Part shown: one piece after another, positions 43,114 through 51,888 of the stretch
Layout: each line of letters starts with the position of its first letter
Numbering within the stretch: position 1 is the first letter of the stretch
Source of the DNA: an uncultured Sulfolobales archaeon
GTDB taxonomy: Archaea; Thermoproteota; Thermoprotei_A; Sulfolobales; NBVN01
NCBI GenBank assembly: GCA_938083005.1
Contig: CALKCU010000015.1
Location: 3,407 to 67,406, forward strand
Reading direction: 5' to 3'
DNA length: 64,000 nucleotides
Program-made: the position numbers and the translations under genes
Notes under the pieces: generated by a model
What the model was told of the DNA's origin: nothing
Seen by the model: the letters and a program-made list of their open reading frames with translations, nothing else
The model's database searches: none

Positions 43114-43584
43114 ATGAGCTGTCGAGACAGCGTCTCCGCTTTCATCGAGAGGCACGGAATCTCCGGCTACCTGAAGAGGTTCCACATCGCCGTTACGACC
43201 GTCGATAGCGCGGTCAGGGCCACCGGTAGCCCACCGTCCAGCATAGTCAAGACTCTGGTGGTCAAAGTAGACGGCGGGTACGCGGCCGTAATCATCCCCG
43301 GGGACAGAAAGCTATCGCTCCAGAAGGTGGCCAGGGTTCTCGGATCCGAGAGCGCTAGGCTGGCTAGGCCGAGTGAGGTCAGGGACGCGACGGGCTTCGA
43401 CGTGGGCGGAGTGTCCCCCCTGTCCGACTGCGTAAAGTCCTTGCGGACAGTCGTAGACCCTAGGGTCGTCGAGAAGGACTGGGTGTGGTGCGGGGGCGGC
43501 GACCCGCACTCCCTGGTCTACGTCTCCGTGAGAGACCTTGTTAGGGTCCTGCGACCGGTAGTAGCGGACGTCTCCGAGGGGTAG
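43114..43584 (+). CDS. YbaK/ProX-type aminoacyl-tRNA deacylase domain protein
   Basis: 156 aa. The motifs VKTLVVKVDGGYAAVIIPGDRKLSL.K and GFDVGGVSPL are the YbaK/EbsC signature. Confidence 0.8.
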   Translation: MSCRDSVSAFIERHGISGYLKRFHIAVTTVDSAVRATGSPPSSIVKTLVVKVDGGYAAVIIPGDRKLSLQKVARVLGSESARLARPSEVRDATGFDVGGVSPLSDCVKSLRTVVDPRVVEKDWVWCGGGDPHSLVYVSVRDLVRVLRPVVADVSEG

Positions 43585-43593
43585 GTGGTTTGA

Positions 43594-44052
43594 GTGCCGG
43601 GAGGTGGTAGGGCCAGGGGGTACAGGGCGGAGAGAGAGTTAGTGATCCAGCTGTGGAGGAGGGGTTTCGCCGTCGTGAGGGCTCCGGCGAGCGGATCTAG
43701 GATAAGGAGGGCCGCATACCCCGACGTAGTCGCTATCAAGAGCGGGCGGGTAGCTGTGTTTGAGGTCAAGTCCAGGTCCAAGGAGGAGACGGTGTACATC
43801 GAGAGAGAGCAGGTGACGAAGCTCGCCGAGTTCGCCAAGAGAGCGGGGGGCAAGGCTTTCATCGCCGTCAGGATCTCGGAGAGGGGGTGGGTCTTCGTCC
43901 CGATAGAGAACCTGGAGCCGACGGAGACCGGCTACAAGGTCAAGAAGGAGGCTCTCGCAGAGGGCTTAAGCCTAGAGCAGCTCGAGGTATCTCTCGGCCT
44001 GAGGGAGACTCTACTAAAGTACACTAAGCCTCCGCAGGAGGCCGAGCGCTGA
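43594..44052 (+). CDS. hjc: Holliday junction resolvase Hjc
   Basis: 152 aa. The motifs G...ERELV..L...GFAVVRAPASG....PDVVA......V.EVKSR match the archaeal Hjc nuclease motif. Confidence 0.85.
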   Translation: MPGGGRARGYRAERELVIQLWRRGFAVVRAPASGSRIRRAAYPDVVAIKSGRVAVFEVKSRSKEETVYIEREQVTKLAEFAKRAGGKAFIAVRISERGWVFVPIENLEPTETGYKVKKEALAEGLSLEQLEVSLGLRETLLKYTKPPQEAER

Positions 44053-44153
44053 GCTCCCCCTGCCCTCGCCTTATCGGTTCCCGTTCGCGTGCCACGTACT
44101 AGGTCGCGCATCTCTTTCGAGAATCAGCTCTAAATCCCGGTGAGCTTGGGCGC

Positions 44154-44471
44154 GGGGGGCGTGCGGCCCCCGCCTTCGCCCAGCAGCTCACCTGCTCGAG
44201 GACTCCCCACGCCGTCCTCCATCCGGTGACCCGCGAACGCCGGTGCCGGGGGTTAGGTTGCTCCCTTCCGGGCCTGGCCGGGTTCCCCCCGCGAAGGCGG
44301 TAGACCCTCCCCTCCGGGAGGGCCTCCGCCACCACCGGCCCCGCGGGGCGGACTTCACCGCTGACGCGGGGGCCTCCGAGCGGGAGCCGCCGGGCGGGCT
44401 AGGTTACTGGCCCCGCCTTACGCCTTCGGGTACGGGAGGTGGCGAACTCCCAGCCCTACCCGCACGCCCCC
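44154..44471 (-). ncRNA. Signal recognition particle RNA (7S/SRP RNA)
   Basis: The minus strand contains the universal helix-8 motif GGCCAGGCCCGGAAGGGAGCAACC. The 5' GGGGGCGTGCGG pairs with the 3' CCGCACGCCCCC over 12 bp. At about 318 nt it matches archaeal SRP RNA size. A TTATAA box lies about 26 nt upstream. Confidence 0.85.
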
Positions 44472-44492
44472 GAGTGCTGTGTTTATGCTCGC

Positions 44493-44498
44493 TTATAA
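44493..44498 (-). promoter_or_regulatory. TATA box (TTATAA) for SRP RNA
   Basis: Correct spacing to the predicted 5' end at about 44471. Confidence 0.5.
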
Positions 44499-44571
44499 CC
44501 ACCTAGACTTCACGACTCTCCGATTCCCAGAGAGTGCTCTCGCTCACGCTCTCCAGAAGCCGCGCCGGGTC

Positions 44572-46074
44572 TTACAGCGTCACCTTCCTCTTATAGTACT
44601 CCCCAACGAGCACGTAGAGCGGCAGGAACTCTATCCTACCCAAGTACATGGACGCCATAAGCAGCGCTTTAGCTACCGCTGGGGTTGCCGAGCTCGTTAT
44701 GCCGGTGGAGAGCCCTACGCAGGAGAGAGCCGAGGCGGCTTCAAAGAGAGAGTCCACGTAGCTGTAGCCCGCGAGACCCGAGGAGATTAGCGACAGGTGG
44801 AGGAGCACCGAGACCGATACCAGCGTGAGCGCGTAGAGGGAGACGTAGGAGAGCACGGCCACGAGCTCCTCGTCTCTGATCACCTCCCCGCCCACCCTCC
44901 TAACTACCACCGCGGGCTTCGGAATGAGCACCCTGCCCATCTCCCACAGCACCGATCTCACCATGATCGCTGCGCGCTTGATCTTAATGCCCCCGGAAGT
45001 CGAGAACGTGGCCCCTCCGACAACCATTGACAGGGTTATCACCACCTTCACGGCGTCCGGGTGCTCCCTCACCGGCGTGAGAGAGAAGCCCGTCGTGGTG
45101 AAGCCCGAGACTAGGTGGAAGCTCCAGGTCCAGAAGGACTGCTGGGAGTTGGTCGCGATCGCTGAGACCCCTAGCAGAGCGAGGAAGACTGCTAGGAGGG
45201 CGGCGAACCCCCTGACCTCTACGGACCTCGCGAATTCCCGAAGGCGGCCGAGGGTCAGGTTGTAGAGGTCCATGAAGTTGAGAGAGCCGATGACCATAAC
45301 TACTACCGCTGAGAAAGCTACGAAGCCTCTCCCGGTCCAGAACCAGTAGCCTAGGCTCTCTGACCTAGAGGACATGCCTCCGGTGGCTATGGCCGTCATC
45401 GAGTGCATGAGCGAGTCTAGCGGTTCCATGCCCGATAGAGTGAACAGGAGAGCGCCGAGGATGGTATACGCTACGTATATGGTGAAGAGCCTTCTTGTTG
45501 TGGAGATCACCGTCGGGGCTAGCCTCGCTCCCCTCTCGACGGCGTAGACGCTCCTGATGGTCCTGTGGAGGAAGGGTAGGAAGACTCCAGAGAAGACTAC
45601 GACTCCTAGCTCCCCGATCCACTGGGTCAAGGCCCTCCAGAATAGGACCACTCGGGGCAGGGCCTCGGGTCTGTCTACGACTGTGAGCCCTGTACCGGTA
45701 AACCCGCTCATGGACTCGAAGAGGGCGTCGAGCAGAGGCATGCCAATCGTATAGGAGTACAGGGCAGCTGAGAACAGCGGTGCGAGAAGCCAGAAGACGG
45801 AGACCACTAAGAGGGCGTCGACTATATCGACTATGAAGTACCTCCTCAGGGGGACTAGGACTGACAGCGACACCGCGCCGAAGGCTAGAGCTAGCTCGAC
45901 GATCTTCAGGCTAGCCTCCCTCTCGGAGGGCTCTAGTGCGAGGACGTAGCCGCTCAAGCCCACGAGCAAGGCCACGGCGGAGACGGTTAGCAACAGCACT
46001 GCTAGTGTGGACGCGAAGCCCTTAGCCCTGCTGTACACCTCCATAGGGTCTCCGACAGTCTTTCCCGACAACAT
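44572..46074 (-). CDS. trkH: TrkH/KtrB family cation (K+) transporter
   Basis: 500 aa polytopic protein. It has repeated selectivity-filter-like motifs (SGFTGTGL, GFTTTGFS, TGGMSS, CVGLSTG). Confidence 0.85.
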   Translation of the reverse strand: MLSGKTVGDPMEVYSRAKGFASTLAVLLLTVSAVALLVGLSGYVLALEPSEREASLKIVELALAFGAVSLSVLVPLRRYFIVDIVDALLVVSVFWLLAPLFSAALYSYTIGMPLLDALFESMSGFTGTGLTVVDRPEALPRVVLFWRALTQWIGELGVVVFSGVFLPFLHRTIRSVYAVERGARLAPTVISTTRRLFTIYVAYTILGALLFTLSGMEPLDSLMHSMTAIATGGMSSRSESLGYWFWTGRGFVAFSAVVVMVIGSLNFMDLYNLTLGRLREFARSVEVRGFAALLAVFLALLGVSAIATNSQQSFWTWSFHLVSGFTTTGFSLTPVREHPDAVKVVITLSMVVGGATFSTSGGIKIKRAAIMVRSVLWEMGRVLIPKPAVVVRRVGGEVIRDEELVAVLSYVSLYALTLVSVSVLLHLSLISSGLAGYSYVDSLFEAASALSCVGLSTGITSSATPAVAKALLMASMYLGRIEFLPLYVLVGEYYKRKVTL

Positions 46075-46205
46075 TTATTTGTCGGCTCGAAGCCGCTCCC
46101 GCGCTCAGCCCCCTGCGGAGGAGAGGTTGGGACTCGCTGCCCCGGGACCGCCTTCTGCTGGCAATCGAGCTGGCATAGCCTCGAGCGCGCTACTTCCTCG
46201 GGGTC

Positions 46206-47498
46206 TCAGGGGATCCAGAAGTGCCTTATATACGATATATAGAACCCCGCGACTATGGCGGTACCTATCACTCCAGCTACGTTGGGTCCCAGCGCGTGGT
46301 AGAGCACGTAGAGACCGGGTTTAGCGAGCTGTGCCTCCCTCTGCGCTACCCTAGCGGATATGGGGACCGCCGAGACGCCGGCGCACCCTATCACCGGGTT
46401 GACCTTACCCCTCGTAGCAAAGTAGAGCGACCAGGCGAACAACAGCCCCCCAGATGTGGAGACGGCGAACGCTATCAAGCCCAGGGCCAGTATCACGAAG
46501 GCCCTGATGACGAAGTCGAGGATGGCTATGGGGGAGGCCTCCGGCACGTACTGCAGCAGGAAATCGTAGGAGAGGGTCGCGCCCACTCCCAGCATCGTGA
46601 GTATGGTCGCTATGTCGAGGAGGGGGTCGGCCATGGTCTTGAAGTACCTCTCGAGCTCGGCTATCTTGGCGGAGGCCTCCTTGACGATGTTGCCCAGGGC
46701 TAGCGCTGCTACGAGCGGAAACGCTGCCGGGACCAGGGCGCCCACCACGAGGAGGCACACTAGCCAGAACACGAGTACGTGCCCCGGGGTCACCTCCCTG
46801 GGGCTCGGCATCTCCACGGCTCTGTACTTCCTCGGCACGAGGGCCCTAATTATGGGCGGCTGAATCACCGGTACCAAGGCGATGTAGCTGTAAACCGCGA
46901 TCGTAAGGGGTCCCACTAGGTGGGGCGCTATGTTCACTGCGGTGTATATCGTTGTCGGTCCGTCAGCCCCGCCGACGACCCCTATGGCCATAGCCTCGTT
47001 CAGCCGGAATCCGAGGGTTAGAGCGGTGAGCGTTACCACGGTTATCCCGAGCTGAGCGGCGGAGCCTATCAGAGCGCCCGCGGGGAACGATATCAGCGGC
47101 CGGAAGTCCGAGAGCGCGCCTATGCCAGCGAATATGAGTATCGGGCCCACCTCGCTTCTGACCACGAGGTGGTATACCCATCCGAGGAGCGATGTAGCCT
47201 CCGGCGAGCACACCTTCGTGAAGCCCTCGAATTCTATCACGTTCACTAACCCCTTGATCCCTTCGAGCTCTGCCGGGAGCCGACCGCTCAGATTCTGGCA
47301 CACGTACCTAGCTAGATGGAGGCCCGGCGCGTTAGCCAGGATCATCCCGAGGCCTATGGGTATCAGTAGAAGAGGCTCGACGCCCTTCTTCACAGCCAGC
47401 AACACTAGGACGGACCCCCAGACTATGAATATAGCACGTATGGCGAGCTCCTGGGGATCGCCCAGGGCCAGTCCGGGAAACAGTATGGAGGGATCCAT
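46206..47498 (-). CDS. oadB: Na+-translocating decarboxylase beta subunit (OadB/GcdB/MmdB family)
   Basis: 430 aa polytopic protein. The motifs FAGIGALSDF and GVVGGADGPTTIY are typical of this family. Confidence 0.85.
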   Translation of the reverse strand: MDPSILFPGLALGDPQELAIRAIFIVWGSVLVLLAVKKGVEPLLLIPIGLGMILANAPGLHLARYVCQNLSGRLPAELEGIKGLVNVIEFEGFTKVCSPEATSLLGWVYHLVVRSEVGPILIFAGIGALSDFRPLISFPAGALIGSAAQLGITVVTLTALTLGFRLNEAMAIGVVGGADGPTTIYTAVNIAPHLVGPLTIAVYSYIALVPVIQPPIIRALVPRKYRAVEMPSPREVTPGHVLVFWLVCLLVVGALVPAAFPLVAALALGNIVKEASAKIAELERYFKTMADPLLDIATILTMLGVGATLSYDFLLQYVPEASPIAILDFVIRAFVILALGLIAFAVSTSGGLLFAWSLYFATRGKVNPVIGCAGVSAVPISARVAQREAQLAKPGLYVLYHALGPNVAGVIGTAIVAGFYISYIRHFWIP

Positions 47499-47571
47499 GA
47501 CTCAGCACCGCACTCGCATCTTCCCTCAAGAATAAAAGCCTTTGGAGGTCTCAGGCCAGTGGCATTAAGAG

Positions 47572-47578
47572 TTTTAAG
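47572..47578 (+). promoter_or_regulatory. Box-A (TTTTAAG) for tRNA-Ile
   Basis: Lies 26-32 nt upstream of the tRNA 5' end. Confidence 0.5.
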
Positions 47579-47603
47579 TGCTGGCGCGAAGGAAAAACCC
47601 TGG

Positions 47604-47681
47604 GGGCCCGTAGCTTAGCCTGGTTAGAGCGCCCGGCTGATAACCGGGAGGTCCGGGGTTCGAATCCCCGCGGGCCCACCA
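47604..47681 (+). tRNA. tRNA-Ile (anticodon GAT), intron-less, CCA encoded
   Basis: Canonical cloverleaf: GGGCCCG-TA-GCTT...AGAGC-G-CCCGG-CT-GAT-AA-CCGGG-AGGTC-CGGGG-TTCGAAT-CCCCG-CGGGCCC-A-CCA. The anticodon lies at 47639-47641. Confidence 0.95.
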
Positions 47682-47896
47682 CGCGTTCGTACATGCCAGC
47701 TATCCACCGGTCTCTCGTCAATGTCCGAGAGACGGGGGGCGCGCACCAACCCCCCAGTTATGAGGAGGTAGCCCCGCGCGTGCCCGAGCGGACCATCGCT
47801 CTCGCCTCCCGCATGTAGGTTTGCGGTCGACGTAACTAACGTTAGGACGCCTTTGCGGAGGTAGCTTTTTAAACCTCCTAGCCGTATAGGCTTGGG

Positions 47897-48697
47897 GTGC
47901 TTAGGATCGTGGACATAATGACCCTCGCGCTGATCCTGGTCGTCCTCTTCATAGGCTTGCCCCTCCTGTCCTCGAGCATAAGGGTTCTGAAGGAGTACGA
48001 GAGGGGAGTGCTCTTCAGGCTCGGTAGGCTCGTGGGCACTAGAGGTCCGGGGATCTTCATCATAATACCCTTCGTGGACTCCCTGGCCAAGGTGGACCTC
48101 AGGATAATGACCATCGACGTCCCCAAGCAAGAGATAATCACCAGGGACAACGTCAGCGTCAAAGTCGACGCCGTAATATACTTCCGGGTCGACGACCCGG
48201 TAAGAGCTGTCGTGAGGGTCTCTAACTATATGTACGCTGTGTCTCTGCTGGCCCAGACCGTCCTCAGAGACGTGGTGGGGCAGGCAGAGCTGGACGACCT
48301 TTTGACCAAGAGGGAGGATATAAACAAGAGGATCCAGGGTATCATAGACGAGCTAACCGCCCCGTGGGGGGTCAAGGTGGTGGCCGTCACCCTGAAGTCC
48401 GTAGAGCTGCCTGAGAGCATGGTGAGAGCCATGGCCACCCAGGCAGAGGCCGAGAGGCTGAGGAGAGCCAGGATAATCCAGGCAGAGGCCGAGAGGCAGG
48501 CCGCCAGGATACTAGCCGAGGCCGCTCAGACCTACGAGGATAACCCGAAGGCCTTGAGGCTCAGGGAGCTGCAGACCTTGGTTGAGATAGCAAGGGAGAA
48601 GAACCTGATAATAGTCACGGAGAGCTCGTCCGTGGTCGGGACTTCGCTAGCTGCGGCAACGGCTGCGGCGCGCCAAGCGTCTCAGGTCGGTAAGTGA
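47897..48697 (+). CDS. SPFH/Band 7 (stomatin-like) protein
   Basis: 266 aa. It has an N-terminal TM segment, an SPFH core (YERGVLFRLGR...TRDNV.V.VDAV.YFRV) and a QAEAER coiled-coil repeat. Confidence 0.9.
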   Translation: MLRIVDIMTLALILVVLFIGLPLLSSSIRVLKEYERGVLFRLGRLVGTRGPGIFIIIPFVDSLAKVDLRIMTIDVPKQEIITRDNVSVKVDAVIYFRVDDPVRAVVRVSNYMYAVSLLAQTVLRDVVGQAELDDLLTKREDINKRIQGIIDELTAPWGVKVVAVTLKSVELPESMVRAMATQAEAERLRRARIIQAEAERQAARILAEAAQTYEDNPKALRLRELQTLVEIAREKNLIIVTESSSVVGTSLAAATAAARQASQVGK

Positions 48698-50037
48698 TGA
48701 TCCTTAGAACCGCGCACTCGTACCTCGCTCTACTCCTGCTTTCGGCACTCCTCCCCCAGATAACAGCTATCGCGATAGCTGACACAGTAAACGTTGGCTC
48801 CCTAGTCCTCGTTAGAGTGGTTCCGCCCTGGGACATTATCGATCCGGGCATCGCGGAGTGCGTCGTGGGAGCGATCGATTACGCCGAGTCGAGAGGGGTG
48901 AGCGTGCTGATAGAGCTGGAGACTTACGGTGGGTACCTGGACTCCGCGTTCACGATAGGAGATAGGCTAGCTACGTCCAGAGTACCCGTAATCGCCTACG
49001 TCTCCGGGGGAAAGGCCTTCAGCGCTGGCACGTTGATATCCCTTCCTGCACACGTACTCGTGCTCTCGCCGATAGCCACCATAGGAGCCATGCAGCCCGT
49101 AGCCCTGAACCCCGTGACTGGCCGGTACGAACCGATAAACGACACCAAGATAATCAACCCTATAATAGAGAAGGCCGTGTACTACGCGGAGCTCCGGGGC
49201 AGGAATGCGACCACCGCGAGGCTGTTCGTGACGAAGAACCTGGTTCTGAGCGCCTACGAGGCCGTGAAGTACGGTGTGGCCGACTACGTTGCGAGAGACT
49301 TCGGCGAGCTCCTCGAGTACTTGAGCGGGAGGAGAGTGACCGCGGGCGACGCTACCTACGTGATGTCCAAGCCTCTCAGAGTAGAGGAGTACTCGTGCGG
49401 CATCAGGTCCAGGTTCCTATCCATACTCTCCAACACTCTCCTCTCGAGCGTTTTGACGACCATCGGCATATTGGCTACCATATTCTCCATAGCCTCGGGA
49501 AGGCTCGAAGCCCTCCCCCTGGCCCTGGTGTTCTTGTTCCTCGGCCTAGTGGGCTCGGGGTTCAACCCCAACCTAATCTCCATCTTCCTCATACTGCTGG
49601 GAGCCGCACTCCTGTCTATAGAGCTGTTCGTGACCCCGGGCTTCGGAATACTCGGGATAAGCGGCATAGTGATGCTAAGCACGGGCTTTGCCCTTATGCC
49701 CACCGGGGGGCCCACATTCGTAGCTCCCGAAGCCGCGTTTCTCGCGATATCGAGGTACGTAGCCCTGGGGATAGGGGTGGGTCTCGGGTCTCTGATGGCC
49801 TTTATTCTGTACAAGGTCGTGCAAGCCAAGAGGCGGAGGGTGACGCTGTTCGAACTCGAGGGGAAGATAGGGAGGACCGTGGACCGCATACCAGCAGGCG
49901 GCGAGGGCTTCGTGATCGTCGAGGGGGAGTACTGGAAGGCGTGCTCCGATGAAGACATAGAGCCAAACTCTCCGGTAGTGGTAGTAGGCAGGAGGGGGAG
50001 CCTGCTGATAGTGAAGAAGCATGCTAGGGGTAGCTGA
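48694..50037 (+). CDS. NfeD-type membrane-bound ClpP-class serine protease (stomatin operon partner)
   Basis: 447 aa. It has a ClpP-like domain (GGYLDSAF...GKAFSAGTLI), TM segments, and a C-terminal NfeD OB domain (GEGFVIVEGEYWKA). It overlaps the SPFH gene by 4 nt. Confidence 0.85.
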   Translation: MMILRTAHSYLALLLLSALLPQITAIAIADTVNVGSLVLVRVVPPWDIIDPGIAECVVGAIDYAESRGVSVLIELETYGGYLDSAFTIGDRLATSRVPVIAYVSGGKAFSAGTLISLPAHVLVLSPIATIGAMQPVALNPVTGRYEPINDTKIINPIIEKAVYYAELRGRNATTARLFVTKNLVLSAYEAVKYGVADYVARDFGELLEYLSGRRVTAGDATYVMSKPLRVEEYSCGIRSRFLSILSNTLLSSVLTTIGILATIFSIASGRLEALPLALVFLFLGLVGSGFNPNLISIFLILLGAALLSIELFVTPGFGILGISGIVMLSTGFALMPTGGPTFVAPEAAFLAISRYVALGIGVGLGSLMAFILYKVVQAKRRRVTLFELEGKIGRTVDRIPAGGEGFVIVEGEYWKACSDEDIEPNSPVVVVGRRGSLLIVKKHARGS

Positions 50038-51169
50038 CTTACCGCTCCACGATGGCCACGTTCCACCCTGGCTCTTCGACGTTATGAAGAGAGTGGCTGG
50101 GGCCGTAGTGAAGCTCGTCGTCTTCGAGTATGGACCTTCGCGTTTGCTGTCGAGACTTGCTAACCCGCTGTGGTTCCAGGCGTTTAACAATGTCATAGGG
50201 ATGGACTGGGACAGTAGCGGGTCGACGACTATTACTACGGCAGTCCTGCGCGAGGTACTGGAGCGGGAGAACTTGGGGGTCTGGGCCGTTGGTGGGAAGG
50301 GGAGCAAGTCGCTGGAGGTTCCCAGGGACCTTAACATGCTGGCGGGCTCGGGCCTCATAAGCTCCAGTCTGGCCGACCGATTGACGCGGATCTCGAGGCT
50401 CACAGCCAAGACGGACTCGGCACTCCTCCAGGACGGTTTCTCCCTCTACCACCACGTGGTACTGTTCGACGAGGGGGGCGACTGGGTGGTCATACAGCAG
50501 GGTATGAACGCCGCCGAGAGATTGGCCAGGAGGTACCACCTCACGTGGGAGAGAGCGGATCCCAGCGACATCACCGTGGAGCCTCATAGCGGGGTCCTGT
50601 GCGAGAGGAGCACTATACCGCTAAACCTCAGCGCCAGAGACTCCCTCGGGAGCCGCAAAGTCGTGCTGGACCTGGTGCGAGAGGGGGCATCGAGGGTGGC
50701 CAGGCACCTGCGCGTAGTCAACGCCATCGTCAAGGGCTACAGACCCCTCTTCGGGGAGCCTCCCAGACCCATAGCTCCGGGCATCCCGTACTACAGGCCG
50801 GTCAAGCTTACTCGACGTCTCCTCGAGGTGCTGAATGAGGCGTACGATGTTCACCCGTCGAGCTTTCCAGAGCTTCTGCTCAGGACGAGGGTGGGTCCGG
50901 AGACTCTGAGGGCCCTATCGCTCATCTCTGAGCTGATCTACAGGGAGCCTCCTCCCCTGGGGGACGTAGAAGTCTACAGCCCGTTCAAGTACGCGTACGC
51001 TATGGGAGGCAAGGATGGGGTCCCCTATCCGGTCAGGAGGGACGTTGCCGAGAAGGTCGTGAGAGACCTGTACGAGATAGTGAGGGCTGCCGAGCTGAAC
51101 CAGAGGGACAAGCTGAGAGCGTTCAGGTCTCTCTCCGAGCTGGCTCCGCCCGATCTAGTGCCCTTCTAG
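50021..51169 (+). CDS. DUF763 domain protein
   Basis: 382 aa. The N-terminal motifs ADLPLHDGHVPPWLF..M, LANPLWFQAF and GMDWDSSGSTT match the DUF763 signature as I recall it. It overlaps nfeD by 17 nt. Confidence 0.7.
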   Translation: MLGVADLPLHDGHVPPWLFDVMKRVAGAVVKLVVFEYGPSRLLSRLANPLWFQAFNNVIGMDWDSSGSTTITTAVLREVLERENLGVWAVGGKGSKSLEVPRDLNMLAGSGLISSSLADRLTRISRLTAKTDSALLQDGFSLYHHVVLFDEGGDWVVIQQGMNAAERLARRYHLTWERADPSDITVEPHSGVLCERSTIPLNLSARDSLGSRKVVLDLVREGASRVARHLRVVNAIVKGYRPLFGEPPRPIAPGIPYYRPVKLTRRLLEVLNEAYDVHPSSFPELLLRTRVGPETLRALSLISELIYREPPPLGDVEVYSPFKYAYAMGGKDGVPYPVRRDVAEKVVRDLYEIVRAAELNQRDKLRAFRSLSELAPPDLVPF

Positions 51170-51432
51170 ACTCTCTCCACCTCTATCTCTATATATGGAA
51201 CGTATTTAAACCCCCTCTTCTCACTCCCGATCCTGACGTTCGCCAGCTTGATGCTATCTCCGAGCCTAGACTTGAGAGCGTTGTACAGGGTCACGGCCCT
51301 ATAGATATTGTCCCCATAGCCCCTGATGACCACCGACTTAGCGCCCTGGTTGAAAATTATGGCTATAGACGCCATGTAATCGCTGATCGCCCTCTTCCCG
51401 ACGCTTATCTTGTACGAGCTCGCCTCGCTCAC
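51166..51432 (-). CDS. albA: Alba family DNA/RNA-binding protein
   Basis: 88 aa. The pattern GKRAISDYM........GAKSVVIRGYGDNIYRAVTLYN matches the Alba fold. Confidence 0.85.
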   Translation of the reverse strand: MSEASSYKISVGKRAISDYMASIAIIFNQGAKSVVIRGYGDNIYRAVTLYNALKSRLGDSIKLANVRIGSEKRGFKYVPYIEIEVERV

Positions 51433-51888
51433 TAAGGCTTCCCGGTAGTGTCAAGACGATTAAGTTAAATAAGTTTGCGGCGAAAGCCCTCGCGTCGAGA
51501 GGGGCACGGAAACCGCACACCCGCCTCCGAGGACTCTAACCTGGAAGGGCTCGCAAGCCTCAGCCCACCTCATTCCCACCGGGACGGTCTCCACGGGGGC
51601 TCGGAACAATGGCTGAAGCAGTGCTCCGAGCCCTCCGAGGATGACTCCGCCGCGTTAAACGGGGCTCCCACCTCGTTGGGCTTCACGGTCGCCCACGACC
51701 CCGCGAGCGAGGTGAAAGTCCCTCGGCTCGGCAGGTATCTAAAGACAAACGGTACCGGGAGCAGCGAGCTTAAATGCTGTTAATCTAAGTGTGTTAAGTA
51801 GGAGGGAGCTATAGCGAATCCGGGGTCCCCAACCACAAGCAAGGACCTCAGGTACCACTCGGTCGAACTCCTCAGACTCTACAAAGGG

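Noticed and set aside
44099-44506. ORFs 44099-44335 (-) and 44243-44506 (+)
   Set aside because: Both lie on the SRP RNA gene and translate to Pro/Arg/Gly-rich sequence. The region is explained by the 7S RNA.
47707-47736. Inverted repeat CCGGTCTCTCG-N8-CGAGAGACGGG about 25 nt downstream of tRNA-Ile, considered as an att site or element border
   Set aside because: There is no integrase, no second copy of the tRNA 3' end and no foreign-looking genes downstream; the stomatin operon follows. It is more likely a 3' processing or termination hairpin.
48440-48497. 19-nt direct repeat CAGGCAGAGGCCGAGAGGC (48440-48458 and 48479-48497), checked as a possible CRISPR or tandem repeat
   Set aside because: There are only two copies. 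Both are in frame inside the SPFH gene and encode the repeated QAEAER coiled-coil heptads. It is not a CRISPR array.
49356-50409. Two long minus-strand ORFs (236 aa and 244 aa) antisense to nfeD and DUF763
   Set aside because: The translations are Pro/Arg/Ser-rich. The sense-strand genes have clear family motifs. These are GC-driven open antisense frames.
51548-51561. 14-nt identity GGCTCGCAAGCCTC shared with the reverse strand of 57795-57808, considered as evidence that the two long spacers encode paralogous RNAs
   Set aside because: By rough estimate, exact 14-mers are expected several times by chance in 64 kb of GC-biased sequence on two strands. Similarity does not extend convincingly beyond the hairpin.
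51709-51723. Calling the 51.5 kb spacer an RNase P RNA gene on the basis of GAGGTGAAAGTCCC
   Set aside because: I could not find the other conserved regions (ACAGAA..GGCUUA, AGUGCCACAGAAA and others) in canonical order on either strand. A P4 partner strand was also not found. It is kept only as a hypothesis in findings, not as a feature.
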